In this document: positions 39,251 to 52,109 of the stretch, in pieces
How the letters are laid out: each line of letters opens with the position of its first letter
Numbering within the stretch: position 1 is the stretch's first letter
The notes under the pieces: generated by a model
Seen by the model: the letters and a program-made list of their open reading frames with translations, nothing else
Database searches by the model: none
Told to the model about the DNA's origin: nothing
NCBI GenBank assembly: GCA_964016885.1
Contig: OZ024740.1
Location: forward strand, 78,554,001-78,618,000
DNA: 64,000 nucleotides
Direction: 5' to 3'
Origin: Eledone cirrhosa
Lineage: Eukaryota
Position numbers and translations under genes: made by a program

Positions 39251-40310
39251 ACCCTTAACTAAACTTTTTCCCAATCACAGACTTCTATATACACTTTCTA
39301 CCTATCCAATTTCTTCTCTTACCAGGCCTGGGTTGTCCAAAGATTATGGTAAAAAAAAAATACTTTCACAAGGAGCTGTATGTTGGGATCAAACTCAGAA
39401 CTTCATGATTCAGAAGTGAGCTTCTTAACCTCTTGACCCTGATGCTGTAAATTTCATAAAGCAATGTTCTTTCTTTGACTGTTCCTAGAGTGGGATCAGG
39501 GTCAGTGTAACAATAAGGGGTTTGTCCCATCACATCTGCTAGGTATGAAAATAAAAAGAATGATATAGATCATTTGAAGTTTACAAATTGAAAAAAAATA
39601 TACTTTTTTTTTAAACTGAAAATATGACAAGCAAAGTAAAGGTTAAGATGGGAAGGGAGACAATTAGAAGAGGAAGAATGACATATACGTACAAAGCTGT
39701 AAAATTTCAGTTGTTTATTAATGCTGGTGCAAGAACTAGAAATGTTTTTTGTTGTTGTTGTTGTTTTTAAGCAGGACGAGGAGGGTATTTATATATCTAT
39801 TTATTTATTCCTGTTATTCTGCAACTTGAAACCTGAACTAAAGGGTTCCAAGGTTACAGTAGCTAGGTGTAGCTTTCATGTGAATATAAAGCTGTGTTTA
39901 TTTATAAATAGTTATCTGGATTATGTACAAGTGTATATTTATTAGTGGACATATTTCTGTTAGCGGGCGTGGGGGAGGGGGCATTGTTGTTGTTGTTTTG
40001 TTTCAGAATATGTTGTTGTATATTTGTCTTAATTGTGAGTGTTTTAACATGGGTTTTATATAAGAGAGAGAGAGAGATGGGGGGGGGGGGGGGGGAGAAA
40101 GTGCATTACCACATCTGTGTAGTGATAAGAAACTTAGTGAAAATGTCAGTTCTTGCTGTAGTTTCATATATACACTCACCTATATTGCTAGTACTTACTA
40201 TAGGTGTATATATATATATATATATACACCTATATCTATATTGCTAGTACTTACTATAGGTGTATATATATATACACCTATATCAATATTGCTAGTACTT
40301 ATTATAGGTG

Positions 40311-40622
40311 TCATCATCATCACCGTTTTACGTCCGTTCTTCCATGCTAGCATGGGTTAGACGGGTTGTCCTGTTGTGGCAGTGTCTGGTTGGCTGACCT
40401 TGTCTTGCTCATACGGGAACTGATTTTGGCTTGATTTCTACAGCTGGATGCCCTTCCTCATTTACAGTGAGTGCTGGGTGCTTTTTTCCGTGGTGCCTAC
40501 ACGTCCACTTTACAGTGTGGGCTGGGTGCTTTTTTGCCGTGGCACCTCCACGACCACTTTGCAGTGGGAGGGTGTGGGGACATATTATCTATATGCTTCA
40601 GTTTGTACCCATGGGAGGTCGG
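40311..40622 (-). mobile_element. RTE 3' UTR/tail, inverted, fused through (TA)n to the downstream RTE copy
   Basis: Reverse complement of the 24475-24790 / 62905-63222 type of tail. Confidence 0.85.
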
Positions 40623-40626
40623 GTAC

Positions 40627-40654
<28 letters not shown>

Positions 40655-40657
<3 letters not shown>

Positions 40658-42328
40658 TCTTTTCATTGTACGACAACTACAGGAGAAGTACCTATCTAAA
40701 AGTAAACCCCTATACTTGGCTTTTGTTGACTTGGAGAAAGCCTTTGACAGAGTACCCCGCTCGATTATCTGGTGGGCCCTTAGAAAACTAGGTGTTGATG
40801 AATGGCTTGTGAGAGCTATACAAGCCATGTATAAAGAAACAGTCAGCAAGGTTAGAATTAACAACGAATATAGTGAAGAGTTTAGCGTAAATGTTGGTGC
40901 TCATCAGGGCTCCGTCCTTAGCCCCCTACTATTTATTATTACCCTTCAGGCTATAACAGAGGAGTTCAAGACCAGCTGCCCATGGGAACTCCTATATGCA
41001 GATGATCTAACGCTCATAGCTGAATCAATGGCTGAACTAGAGAAGAAATTCCAAACATGGAAGCATGGCCTAGAATCAAAAGGCCTTAAAGTTAACTTGT
41101 CTAAGACTAAAGTTCTAGTTTGTAGGAAGGAAAATAGGGCACCGGTCCCATCTGGGAAATGGCCATGCTCAGTGTGTAGGAAAGGAGTAGGTAGAAACTC
41201 CATTTTATGTCCAAATGCAAAGTATGGGTACATAAAAGATGTAGTGGGATCACAGGTAAGCTAACTAAGAATATAGATTTTATATGTGGCCGGTGCTCTG
41301 GTGCAATAAGTAGCAGCAAGTGCCCACAGAATACTAACTCATTCCATTGCACAGATGATTCTATAGAAATAGTGGACAGCTTCCGTTACCTGGGTGACAA
41401 AATCAGCAGTGGGGGAGGGTGCTCTGAAAGTACAGTAGCTAGAGTCAGAACGGGATGGAAAAAGTTCAGAGAGCTTATACCACTATTGGCCGCTAAAGGG
41501 TTCTCTCTAAAAATGAAAGGCAGGCTGTATGATGCCTGCATACGAACAGCAATGTTACATGGCAGTGAGACCTGGGCATTGTGTGCAGAGGATATACGCA
41601 GACTGGAGAGAAACGAAGCTTGCATGCTCCGCTGGATGTGTAATAGTAATATACGTGAACGGCAAAGCATAAACGAACTAAGGGAGAAATTAGAAATAAG
41701 AGGGATCAGTTGTTGTTTACTCGAGAGAAGACTACGTTGGTATGGTCACGTGATGCGCATGAAAGACGACAGCTGTATAAAAAAGTGCAGGGCAATAAAA
41801 ATAGACGGTAGCCACGGAGTAGGCAGATCCAGAAAAACCTGTGACGACTTGATAAATTCCGACCTCACACACTTACACCTCTCCAAGACAATGTCACTGG
41901 ACCGAGATCTTTGGCGCTACACAGTAATAGAGAAGACCCGCCTTACCTAAGTGCAAAGTGAAACCTACTACAGTCAGTAGGCACCTCTAACAAAATACAC
42001 CCCCGTCCCACTACCCCCACCCTATCCACATCACCCCTTTCAATGTAAAGTTATGTTGGCACCACAACATCCAGCCCGTAGGTGTCACGACAAAAAAACA
42101 CACAGTCCACGCTGTAATGTGGCCGTGTAGGTAACACGGTAAAAACCTCCCAGCCCCACACTGTAAACTTGGTTGGTGTTAGGAAGGGCATCCAGCCGTA
42201 GAAAACCTGCCAGACAGTCCTATGCGAGCAAGACAACCACTTTTGCTTCAAGTGGGAAAACTCCCGTCCAAACCCATGCGAGCGTGGAATATGGACGTTA
42301 AACGACGATGATGATGATGATGATGATG
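40655..42328 (+). mobile_element. Second 5'-truncated RTE LINE copy (same family as 18491-21250), 1-nt frameshift near 41211
   Basis: ORFs 40431-41264 and 41207-41950 closely match 19343-20737. TGTCCAAATGC here versus TGTCCCAAATGC in copy 1. Confidence 0.95.
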
Positions 42329-43194
42329 ACACCTATATCAATATTGCTAGTACTTATTATAGTTATACAGTATATACACACTCACCTATATTACCAGTAC
42401 TTACTATAGTTGTATATATACACACACACCTATATTACCAGTACTTGTTATAGTTATATATATACTCGCACCTATATTGTCAGTTCTTGCTGTACCTGTA
42501 TATGTATACTCACACCTATAGTGTATACACACTCACCTATATTTATATTGGCAGTACTTACTATAGTTATATATACACCCACCTATATCTATATTGCTAG
42601 TACTTGTTTAGTTGTATATATACACACACCTATAGTGTTAATTCTTGTATTTGTATATATACACACCTATATTCTTCTACTTATATATACACATATCTAT
42701 ATTGTTAGTTCTTGTACTTGTATATATACAGCCTATATAACTTTGGTAACTAGTGTGAAGGTATGTGGCTTAGTGGTTAGGATGTTCATAAGGTCATGAG
42801 TTCAAGTCTTGGACTGGTGAGCATTTCACATTACTTTTCTTGACAAGACTGAAGCCCCCATCATTAAAACATCTGAGAAACCTTGTATGATGCAATCATA
42901 GTAACTGATAGCTTTACTTTTGTTACTGTATTTTAAATTTTAAAAAAACAGTCATAGGTTTTCAAATAATTTAGAAAATAAGAATTTAGAGAGATTTAGT
43001 AATACAACTAATTATAATTATTAAATTGGAGTTTAGGGCATAGCTTAACAAAAGTTTTAACATGAAATTATGATGTTTTTTTTTTTAGATAAATGAAATA
43101 ATTTTTCTGTCATAGTTTCAGGTGATTTGGTATCAAAAGTGTTAAAAGTCAGCAGTACTGTCACTCATGAAGCTTAGCTGTTTAAGCTGTGTAA

Positions 43195-44640
43195 GGCAGT
43201 GAATTAGCAGAGTTGTTAGAGTTTCAGACAAAATACTTTGCAGCTAGTTACAGCCCTTCATGCTCTGAGTTAAAATCTTGCTGAGGTCAACTTTGCCTTT
43301 CATCCTTCTTCACATAGTTATACATACTCACACCTATATCTATATTGGCAGTACTTACTATCGTTATATATACACTCACCTATATTACCAGTTCTTGCTG
43401 TACTTGTATATGTATACCCATATCTTTCATCCTTCTGGGGTCGATAAAATAAAGTAACAGTCATATATTGGGATGGATGTAATTGACTTTTCTGTCCCCA
43501 AATTACTGGCATTGTGCCTAAAATTAGAAATCCTTATTATTATTATAAAGCAGTGAATTGACAGAGTAACAGGGCGTCAGATAGAATAATTGATGGTATT
43601 AATCCTGATTCTTTACATTCTTAGTTTAAATCCTGCCAAGGTTGATAGAATAAAGTACTAGTCAAGTACATAGTATGAATATAATTGCCTTTTCCCTCAC
43701 TATAAATTGTTGGCCTTGTGACTAAATTAGAAATTCTTATTTCAAAGGGTTGTGAGTTGGCAGAATTATTAAAGCAACAGATAAAACACTTTGCAGTATT
43801 TGTTCTGGCTGTTTATGCTCCGAGTTCAAATCCCACCAAGCTCAACTTTGCTTTAGTTGACCCCAGTATGTAATATGACAACTTATTTTATCAACGTTGG
43901 AAGGATAAAAGGCAAAATCAACCTTAGTAGAGTTTGAATTTGGAGCATTAGGAATTTTGCCTGGTACTCATCTGACTCTGCATATCTACCATCCAATTTA
44001 TTATTATTATTATCATTATTAGGGTGGTGGATTGCTAGTATCGGTAAAGTGTCTGGCACCATGCCTCACAGCATAGAGTTATGCCACTTTATGTTCTGAG
44101 TTCAAATCCCGCCGAGGTTAGCTTTGCCCTTCATCCTTACAGGATCAATAAAATAAAGTACCAGTCACGCACAGGGGTCGATTTAATCGAATTTCCCCTA
44201 TCTCCAAATTGCTGACCTTGGGCCTATAGTAGAAATCATTATTATTATTATTAGGGTGATGCATTGGTAGAGGTGTTAGAGTGTTGGACAAAGGCTTAGC
44301 AGTATTTGTTCCAGCTCTTTACGATCTGAGTTCAAATCCCACCAAGACCAACTTTGCCTTCCATCCTTCTAGGGTCGATAAAATGAAGTACTAGTTAAAT
44401 ACTGGGGTTTATATAATCGACTTTCTCCTGCCCCCAAATTACAGACGTTGGGTAAATATTAGAAAGCACAAAGCCAGCAACTTAGAGGTCAAATGTAGTT
44501 GATTTAAATCCTATATCACTAAAGGTGCTTATTTCATTTTTTACCTTGAAAGACTTAAGAATCAATGTTAACACCAGTGGAATTTGAACCCATAATAACT
44601 CACCTTTATAATGCATTCTTTCTGTTACTCTACCAATTTT
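43195..44640. mobile_element. Cluster of ~8 SINE A copies of different ages (mostly +)
   Basis: Repeated GAGTTCAAATCCC / GCCTTTCATCCTT / GATAAAATAAAGTAC motifs separated by (ATT)n. Confidence 0.8.
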
Positions 44641-44729
44641 ACTATTCAATAACCATAGTCTCAACCAGGAATTTATCTGATAATCATAATATCAGCCAGA
44701 AATTTGAATTCAGTTCTCTCCCCAAAAAT

Positions 44730-45500
44730 AATATTCATTCACTTGCTTTCAAATGTAGAAAAAATGGTTAGAATGTTTAAAAGCACCAAGATTTCTCAGA
44801 TTTTTGCTATTAGACTAAGGAAAGATGTAAACCCAAGTGAGAGAAGTAACAGTTTTATTTGATAAATGATAGATGGTGACAGGAGTAAGCCATAAGGGAA
44901 GAAAGATATGAAATGGAATTTTCTCAACAGGAATTACTTGGATTCTTTTCAACTTGGAAGCGACAGCCTTTGAGACAAACATAGAATTCCAAGTGACATT
45001 TTGGAATGAGTTTTATACCAAGATCATTTGACTGTTTTTATAGGCCCAATGAAATTATAAAGAAACTGACTTAATAATGCTTGTTCTTTATTTGGCTTTC
45101 CTCTTCACTGCCACACGTTTATCCTAGCCATTTATAAAAAGGTGTTATCAGGCGACGCTTAATACCATTTTTATATCAGCAATGGTTAATTTACAAAACT
45201 TCCCCCTGAATGTTGCCCAAATGAATGGAGATACATCATTAGCAAGAATGCCTTGAATTCAACACTAGTGAATACATAAACATAGTTGAATGGCAGTAGA
45301 ACTCTTTGACACTAAAATTTATGGCTCTCCAGAGGAATGGAAAAAAGAAATATTTGGTAAATACTGCTGGAAATTTCAAGAGAAATTATCCTGGCAGCAG
45401 AAAACTTACACTATCTCCCATCATATTTTTGAAGAAATCTTTTCCATTTCAGCAAAAAATTTTTTTAATGCAGTCGTTATGAGTTGGTAAAATTCAAGTT
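44730..45500 (-). mobile_element. Possible highly decayed hAT transposase remnant
   Basis: Minus-strand fragments NVTWNSMF (cf. hAT DVxTRWNS) and HSC..CISIHLG..EVL, with many stops. Confidence 0.3.
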
Positions 45501-45613
45501 TCATTGGAATGACATGTATGTGGCCATTTAACAGGGGCTGGGAGATTTAAATTTACTACTACTACGATGACAACTACGACTACTACTACCACCACTAACA
45601 ATAACAATAATAA

Positions 45614-46730
45614 TAATTGTTTCTATTTTAGGCACAAGGCCAGCAATTACCCAGTACATTACTGGTACTTTATTTTATCGACCCCGTAAGGATGAAAGGC
45701 AAATATGGCGGGATATGAACTCAGATCATAAAGGGACGTAACTCAAAGCATGGTGTCTGACTCTCTACCGATACTGCCAATCCACCTAATGGCTTCTAAT
45801 TTAAGCAGAAGGCCAGAATATGTGGGGAGGAGAAAGTTGATTATATCGACCCCAGAACTAAGATGAAAGGTGAATTTGAACTCAATGGGATTTGAATTGA
45901 AAACATAAAGGGCTGCAGGTAAATACTACAAGTCATTTTCTCAGGCACTCTAGCAATTCTGCCAATCCCATATCCTACCACTACTGCTACTACTACTAAT
46001 TGTTTCTACTTTTGGCACAAGGCCAGCTATTACCCCAGCGCATTACTGGTACTTTATTTTATCGACCCCGTAAGGATGAAAGGCAAAGTTAACCTTGACG
46101 GGATTTGAACTCAGACTGTAAAGGGACGTAACTATGCTGGAAAGCATGGCGTCTGACCCTCTACCAATACTGCCAATCCACCGCCTTTACTACTACTAAT
46201 AATAATGGCTTCTGATTTAGGTATAATGCCAATCATTTTGGGGGAGGGGAAAGTTGATTAAATCGACCCCAGTGCGATACTCGTACTTTATTTTATCAAT
46301 CTCTGCTGTAAGGATGAAAGGCAAAGCTAACCTTGGCAGTATTTGCACTCAGAACATAAAGAGCTGGAATATATACTGCTAATAATAATTGTTTCTACTT
46401 TTGGCACAAGGCCAGCAATTATCCCAGTGTATTACTGCTAATAAAAATAATAATGATTTCTACTATAGGCACAAGGCCGGCAATTTTGGGGAGATGAAAG
46501 TCGATTAAATTGACCCCAGTGCACTACTGGTACTTTATTTTATCAACACTGCAAGGATGAAAGGCAAAGTTAATCTCAGAGGGATTCAAACTCACAATGG
46601 AAAGAGCCGGAATAAATACTGCTAATAATAATAATAGTGATTTCTACATTAAGCACAAAGCCAGCAATTTGGGCGAGAGGGAAGCTGATTATATCAACCC
46701 TAGTACTTAACTGGTACTTTATTTTATCAT
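45614..46730 (-). mobile_element. Head-to-tail cluster of ~7 SINE A copies
   Basis: Each begins at an (AAT)n/(ACT)n tail of its neighbour. Confidence 0.85.
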
Positions 46731-47654
46731 CTGTATTCCCTTGCTCCTACCTTCCAATGAAATTTTTGACCTTGTATCAATGTTAGAAACCTTGTCTGCC
46801 AGGACCATGAGGCAGCAGCTATCTGATGCTTTGCAAAGGACACAAGAAGATATAACATGTTTCATGTCAATGTGCTGGTGCCTGTAGAATGTAGGAACAT
46901 ATGTAATCAAGATGCAGCCCCTGACCTGTTACAGATGTCAGTAGTTCTGATTAAGTACTGATTTAGTCTATGACAACCAGTCCAACTCTTGCTAGCAGTG
47001 ATGTTAAATGATGATGATATACAAATATATATTCTTTAACTGGTTTTAATCATTAGACCACAGTAATGCTGTAATAACACATTGATTTAATAAATTATAT
47101 TGTATTTATTTTTCAAGTCTGCTACTTATTTCACTGATCTCTTTTTTATTGAACTGCTACAATATATATATATTGGTTGTGTTTAGGAAGCTGCTACAAT
47201 GCATATGGGGTTGTAAATATTACAAACTTGGATGAAGAAATGGAGAGGTGAGGTTGTGTAAAGAAGAGGAAGAGAAAAGGAAAACAAAAGAACCAAAGAT
47301 AATGTTAACATGGGAATATTTATTGGTTCCTATATTTTGGTAAAGTTAGAACTGACTGAAATTCAGTCAGTTCTAACTGAAACCCCAGCCACTCAGAGGC
47401 ACACAAAATCCATCTCCAAAGTTTCCTTTGGAACCCCTTTGATAATAGATGGTACATCCAAAATATAGGACCAATAAATATTTCCATGGTAACATTATCT
47501 TTGGTTCTTTCTTTTTTTCTCTTATTCACTCAGCCTCACCTTTACATTTCTTCACTCAAGTTTGTTGCATGAATATTTACAACCCCACCTGAGTTTCAGC
47601 AACAACCAATTTCAATATCCCACAATGCTTCAAGCAAACTACAACATTCTCTCT

Positions 47655-48016
47655 CTTGTCATCATCATCATTTTACGACAGTTTTTCCCTGCTTGCAAGA
47701 GTGGGACGGGTCCTATTCGGCACAGCATCTCTCCTTTTGTCACGGTCCTTCGTCATCTCCACCGTGAGCTTCAGTGATCTGACGTCTGCTCTCACCAACT
47801 CCGCCCATGTTTTGCGTGGTCTTCCTCTACTGCGTCTTCTTTCAACTGACATTTCCTGGCACTTCTTCACCCATCGGTCATCCTCCATGCACATCACATG
47901 TCCATACCACCTCAGTCTCCTCTCCCGTACACTACATTCTATCCCTCTCAGACACAGTTTCTCTCTCAACACATTTATGCTCGGTCGTTAACACACATTG
48001 ACATTGCACATCCAAT
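47655..48016 (-). mobile_element. RTE 3' fragment
   Basis: LREKLCLRGIECSVRERRLRWYGHVM...RGRPRKTW, with a (GAT)n tail. Confidence 0.85.
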
Positions 48017-48098
48017 GTATATATATTATTTGTACAGATTAAAAGTGTAAGCAATCTCTGCTTTCACCCTATATATAAATATATATATATATATAAAG

Positions 48099-48135
<37 letters not shown>

Positions 48136-48464
48136 CGTGTTTTGCAACGGGTCACATTGTGGCTCAATGAAAAGTTAATAAATTAAATAATCAGAGCTAT
48201 ATATCATAAAACATGTCTATAGAATCACCAGATAAAATATATACCATTTCCTCTCCCAATTAGCATAATCAACTATATAAAAAATCGAATAGACCAGGCT
48301 ATAAAAATCGAATTTATTCTTATAGCCTGGTCTATTCGATTTTTATAGCCTGGTCTATTCGATTTTTTATATAGTTGATTATGCTAATTGGGAGAGGAAA
48401 TGGTATATATTTTATCTGGTGATTCTATAGACATGTTTTATGATATATATATATATATATACAA

Positions 48465-48590
48465 AAGGCTTTTGCAATTTCTATCTACTAAATTCCACTC
48501 ACATGGCATTGTTCAATCCAGGTTACAGAAGACATGCAGTGAGACTTAACCCAGATCACATGGTTGTAAAGTGAACTTCTTAATCACAAG
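48465..48590 (-). mobile_element. Old tRNA-SINE family C (other decayed copies at ~9225-9365, 39280-39430, 57535-57635, 60225-60330)
   Basis: Shared GTGTCTTCT..TAGCC..GG...TTGTGAGT..ATTTGG.AGA.GGAAACTG motif. Confidence 0.55.
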
Positions 48591-49649
48591 TATATGTCCA
48601 TAAATATTCAGCTGTGGATGTGGTTCTAAAACGCATTTCTGCTGATAGAGTCTTTAAAAAATGACCTCTTTTTTATTTGATTTGAAATCTTTTCAAAAAA
48701 ATGCTAGTTATATATATATATTACCCATAAGCTGTGTCTTCTGATTCAAGCCGACAGCTATTTTAGACAAAAAAAACACAAACAGTAAAACTTGTACCAC
48801 TTATATCTATTAACTTTACACATTAATAATAGCAAATTTTTTTAAACAAAAGTTAATGTTAAAAATAGTGTAAAACAATTATGTTGCCAAATTAGCAATA
48901 TGTTTATAATTCAGGAGAACATTTTTCTATGTCTTTTCCTGACAAATTGGCAGAGTTATTAGAGCATTAGATAAAATGCTTTGCAATATTTGTTCCAGCT
49001 CTCTGTGCTCCAAGTTCAAATCATACTGGGGTTAATTTTGCATTTCATTCAACTCCAATTGTAATCCTAAATTCCATTTGTCTTCCTTTCTCTCTTTCTT
49101 CTTTACTTATCAACAGTCTCCTCTTTACAACAGACTACTCTCTCAATCATCTCTATGTTACATCTACCTGTCACTCACTTCACAACCTTACTTTTCTTTT
49201 TATTGACTACTGGCCACTGATTTCTGAACTTAGAGATATTTTTTCCTGACTTACATGCAGTCGTCATTGACGACATTTGGCTGTTTTAACAGCTATTCAT
49301 TGCATTCAAGTTTCAAATTATTCCTATGAATTTCACACTTCATCTCAATAACCATTGAAACAACATGGGTAACGTCTACCATCAATATAATACCGAATTG
49401 GCAGGCTGTCACTGAATTAAATCATTCTTCTATTTTCTATTTTTTATTCAATGTAATGCCGTTTGGGTTCAATGTAATCCCGTTATATAATTCCGCAAAT
49501 AACACCCAACGAAATCGTCTAGCCTTGCATCATAATCGGATGATAGGGCTCAGCCATCGAAATATGTATAGTGCTTTTGCTGAATTAAAATTCTAAAGTA
49601 AATTTTCCAGTCCAGCCTTCTGTTGTTGTTTTAATGAATATATATATAT

Positions 49650-50093
49650 ATTCTCTTGCATCGAACACCACACCCTATGGCATCCCTGAAAGAGATCTAA
49701 CGAACTGCAACTGCAGACCCCCCACTTCCCCCACAACAGCTGCTGCAGAGTCTCAGGAGTGGTCTACAGCTGTATAGTCCCCACCGAAAGCGAGGACTTT
49801 GTGTATGTGGGTGCCACAAGTACCGAGTTCAAATCCCGCTTCTACAACCACATGTGCTCCTTTAGATACATATGAGTAATAGAAGAGAGAGAAAGAAAGA
49901 AAAAAAGAGAGAAAAAAAGAGGAATAGAGAAAACTTTGTCCTCTATCTCCTCAGTTATTTACTTACATGTGCCTTTGTCCTGTGTTTCCCCTTTCTATCG
50001 GTATGTTTTTTTTCTTTTTTCTCTTTTTTTTTCTTTCTTTCTCTCTCTATCACCTCTTTTTCGACTTTTCTTTCCCTCATAACTTGTTGATTA
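49650..50093 (+). mobile_element. Penelope-like element remnant: GIY-YIG endonuclease fragment plus purine/pyrimidine-tract 3' region (continues at ~51800-51975)
   Basis: 49703-49872 reads NCNCRPPT/(frameshift)PHNSCCRVSGVVYSCIVPTESEDFVYVGATSTEFKSRFYNHMCSF. This is the CNCR..C..VVY..YxG.T..FK.R..NH..SF signature of PLE endonucleases. Confidence 0.8.
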
Positions 50094-51799
50094 CACCGTG
50101 TAACATATTTTTTGTTCCCCGGCTCTAAGTGTCATTTCATGGTTTGCTATATCCCATTATTATAAAAAAAACACTATTATTTAATCAGAAGTTTGGGTTT
50201 GTGGTCAGAAGTTTGATATTTCGAAATTTTCATATTTTTCAAGAAAAAACACATTTTAAAAAAAATTTATCAGTTCATAAAATTAAATCAACAGAGTATA
50301 TATTTATTTTATTACACAAGCTTATCAAAAGCAAACAAGTAAAAACAAATGACACTTATAAAGCAACTTATACACGTCGGAAATGACTGGATTTCCTGGA
50401 TTTGCGGTTGTAGTCCAGGTCGCATTCCCACATTAGCCCCCAGATATAGTACCCCATCATTATTTCATTGTAGTGGCCCTGGTACCTCCGCACATCTTGG
50501 TGGAATCGTTCGCCTTGTTCTTCTGAGTAGGCACCCATATTGTCCTTGAATTTTTCCAGGTGAGCGTCCAGCATGTAAGCGACATCCTGCATCCCATGGC
50601 GCCAAAAGCCTTTATCAGATCCTGCACCAGTTGCTGGTAGTTTTCAGCTCTGTAGTTGCCCAGGAAGCCCTTAACAACTGCCTTGAAACAGTTCCATGCT
50701 GTTCTCTCAATCCTATTGAGCTTATTGGAGAACTCGGTAGACTCAAACACCTTCTTTATGTGAGGTCCAACAAAAATTCCACCTTTGATTTTGGCCTCAG
50801 ATAACTTGGGGAAGAACTCAAGAAGGTACTTAAAAGCGGCTGATTCTTGGTTGAGAGCCTTCACAAACTGCTTCATCAACTCCAACTTAATGTGCAGTGG
50901 CGGCATGAGCACAATCCTGGGATCAACCAGTGGCTCCCACATGACGTTCTGGGTCCCAACTACAAATTCTGTTCGCTGCTCCCAGTCCTTTCTTTTGTAG
51001 TGGTCAGAGGTGGTTCTGCTGTCCCAAAGGCAGAGGAAGCATTGGAATTTGATAAAGCCTCGTTGGAGTCCAAGCAGGAAAGCCACCATCTTGAAGTCTC
51101 CAATGATTTCCCAATTGTACTGGTAGTATTGCAGAGCTTCCAAGAGGACTTTCACACTGTAGTAATCTTCCTTCAGGCAGACTGAATGAGCTAGGGGCAG
51201 TGTCGGGAACTTGTTTTCATTGTGGAGGAGGACAGCCTTCAAACTTGTGGTGGAGCTGTCTATAAATAGCCGCTACTCCTTGGGCACAAACGGCACCCCA
51301 ATAACGTCAAACAGTCCAGGCACATCATGGCAGAAGCAGAGGCCATCCCTAAGAGTGTAAAAGCCTGAGAAAGGCTTGTGTCGACTTCTCTGACTTGTCA
51401 CCTGCACTTCCTCCTTGACCAAGTTCCACTGCTTCATCCTGGAGATGAATGCTTAAAACACAACTTACCCTTTATTCAGGGTGTGAAAATCCAGTATCAA
51501 TAAATCTCTTTAATCCACTTTTTAACAATTTTATACTTTATTGCACTTTTATAATTTTCTTTAGGTATTACTCTTTATTTTATAATTTTAATTTAACCTG
51601 AAACATATATAAAAAAATCATTTAACATAAGCAAATTAAACTTACATACAACGTAAAATCCAGCATACAAATAATTCTAGTGAATAAACTTTTAACTGTT
51701 TAATAGCACTTTTTTTAAAAATTTATTTGGGACCTAAGCAACACAAAAAAGTGATTACAAGCCAGGAACAGAGAAAAATTTTTTTTTTGTTACACAGTG
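50094..51799 (-). mobile_element. Chapaev3-like (CMC superfamily) DNA transposon, internally deleted, transposase pseudogene
   Basis: TIRs CACCGTGTAACA..TTTGTTCCCCGGC / GCCAGGAACA..TGTTACACAGTG, with TTA on both sides. The protein has LFIDSS.TSLKAVLLHN, GDFKMV..CFLCLWDSR, PPLHIKL and SEEQGERFHQD. Confidence 0.8.
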
Positions 51800-52109
51800 T
51801 TATAAGTTATGGGCACGCTACGGTTAGATGTATTGTCTATAATGCGCTGAAACATCCGTGACCAGTAGGAGACAACTGATGAAGGGAAAATGTCAATCTC
51901 TTGTTTGTGTTCCCTTAACTTTCTAACACTCGTTATCAGTAACCACACAGCCTCATCCCTCTCAATCCATATTTATGTATATATATATATATCCTCCACT
52001 AGTTACTGCTCCTTGCCTGTAAGGGTTGTAATGTTCCAGTAATCAATCGTCAAGGGGTCTCATGATACGTAACCTATGTCCTTCCATCCCATTTGGTCAT
52101 CAGACAAAA

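Larger units (their letters stand above)
40150..43420. repeat. Degenerate ~35-45 bp minisatellite (CACCTATAT..ATTGCTAGTACTTACTATAG) in blocks 40150-40310, 42329-42740 and 43310-43420
   Basis: The motif recurs on both sides of the RTE insertion. Confidence 0.7.

Noticed and set aside
40150-43420. Regularly recurring motif resembling a CRISPR array
   Set aside because: It is a degenerate minisatellite without unique spacers, in a eukaryotic context with no cas genes.
51805-51925. GAAACATCCGTG and CTGATGAAGGGAA in the PLE 3' region
   Set aside because: These cannot be assembled into one hammerhead: G at position 17, and no GAAA after the stem.
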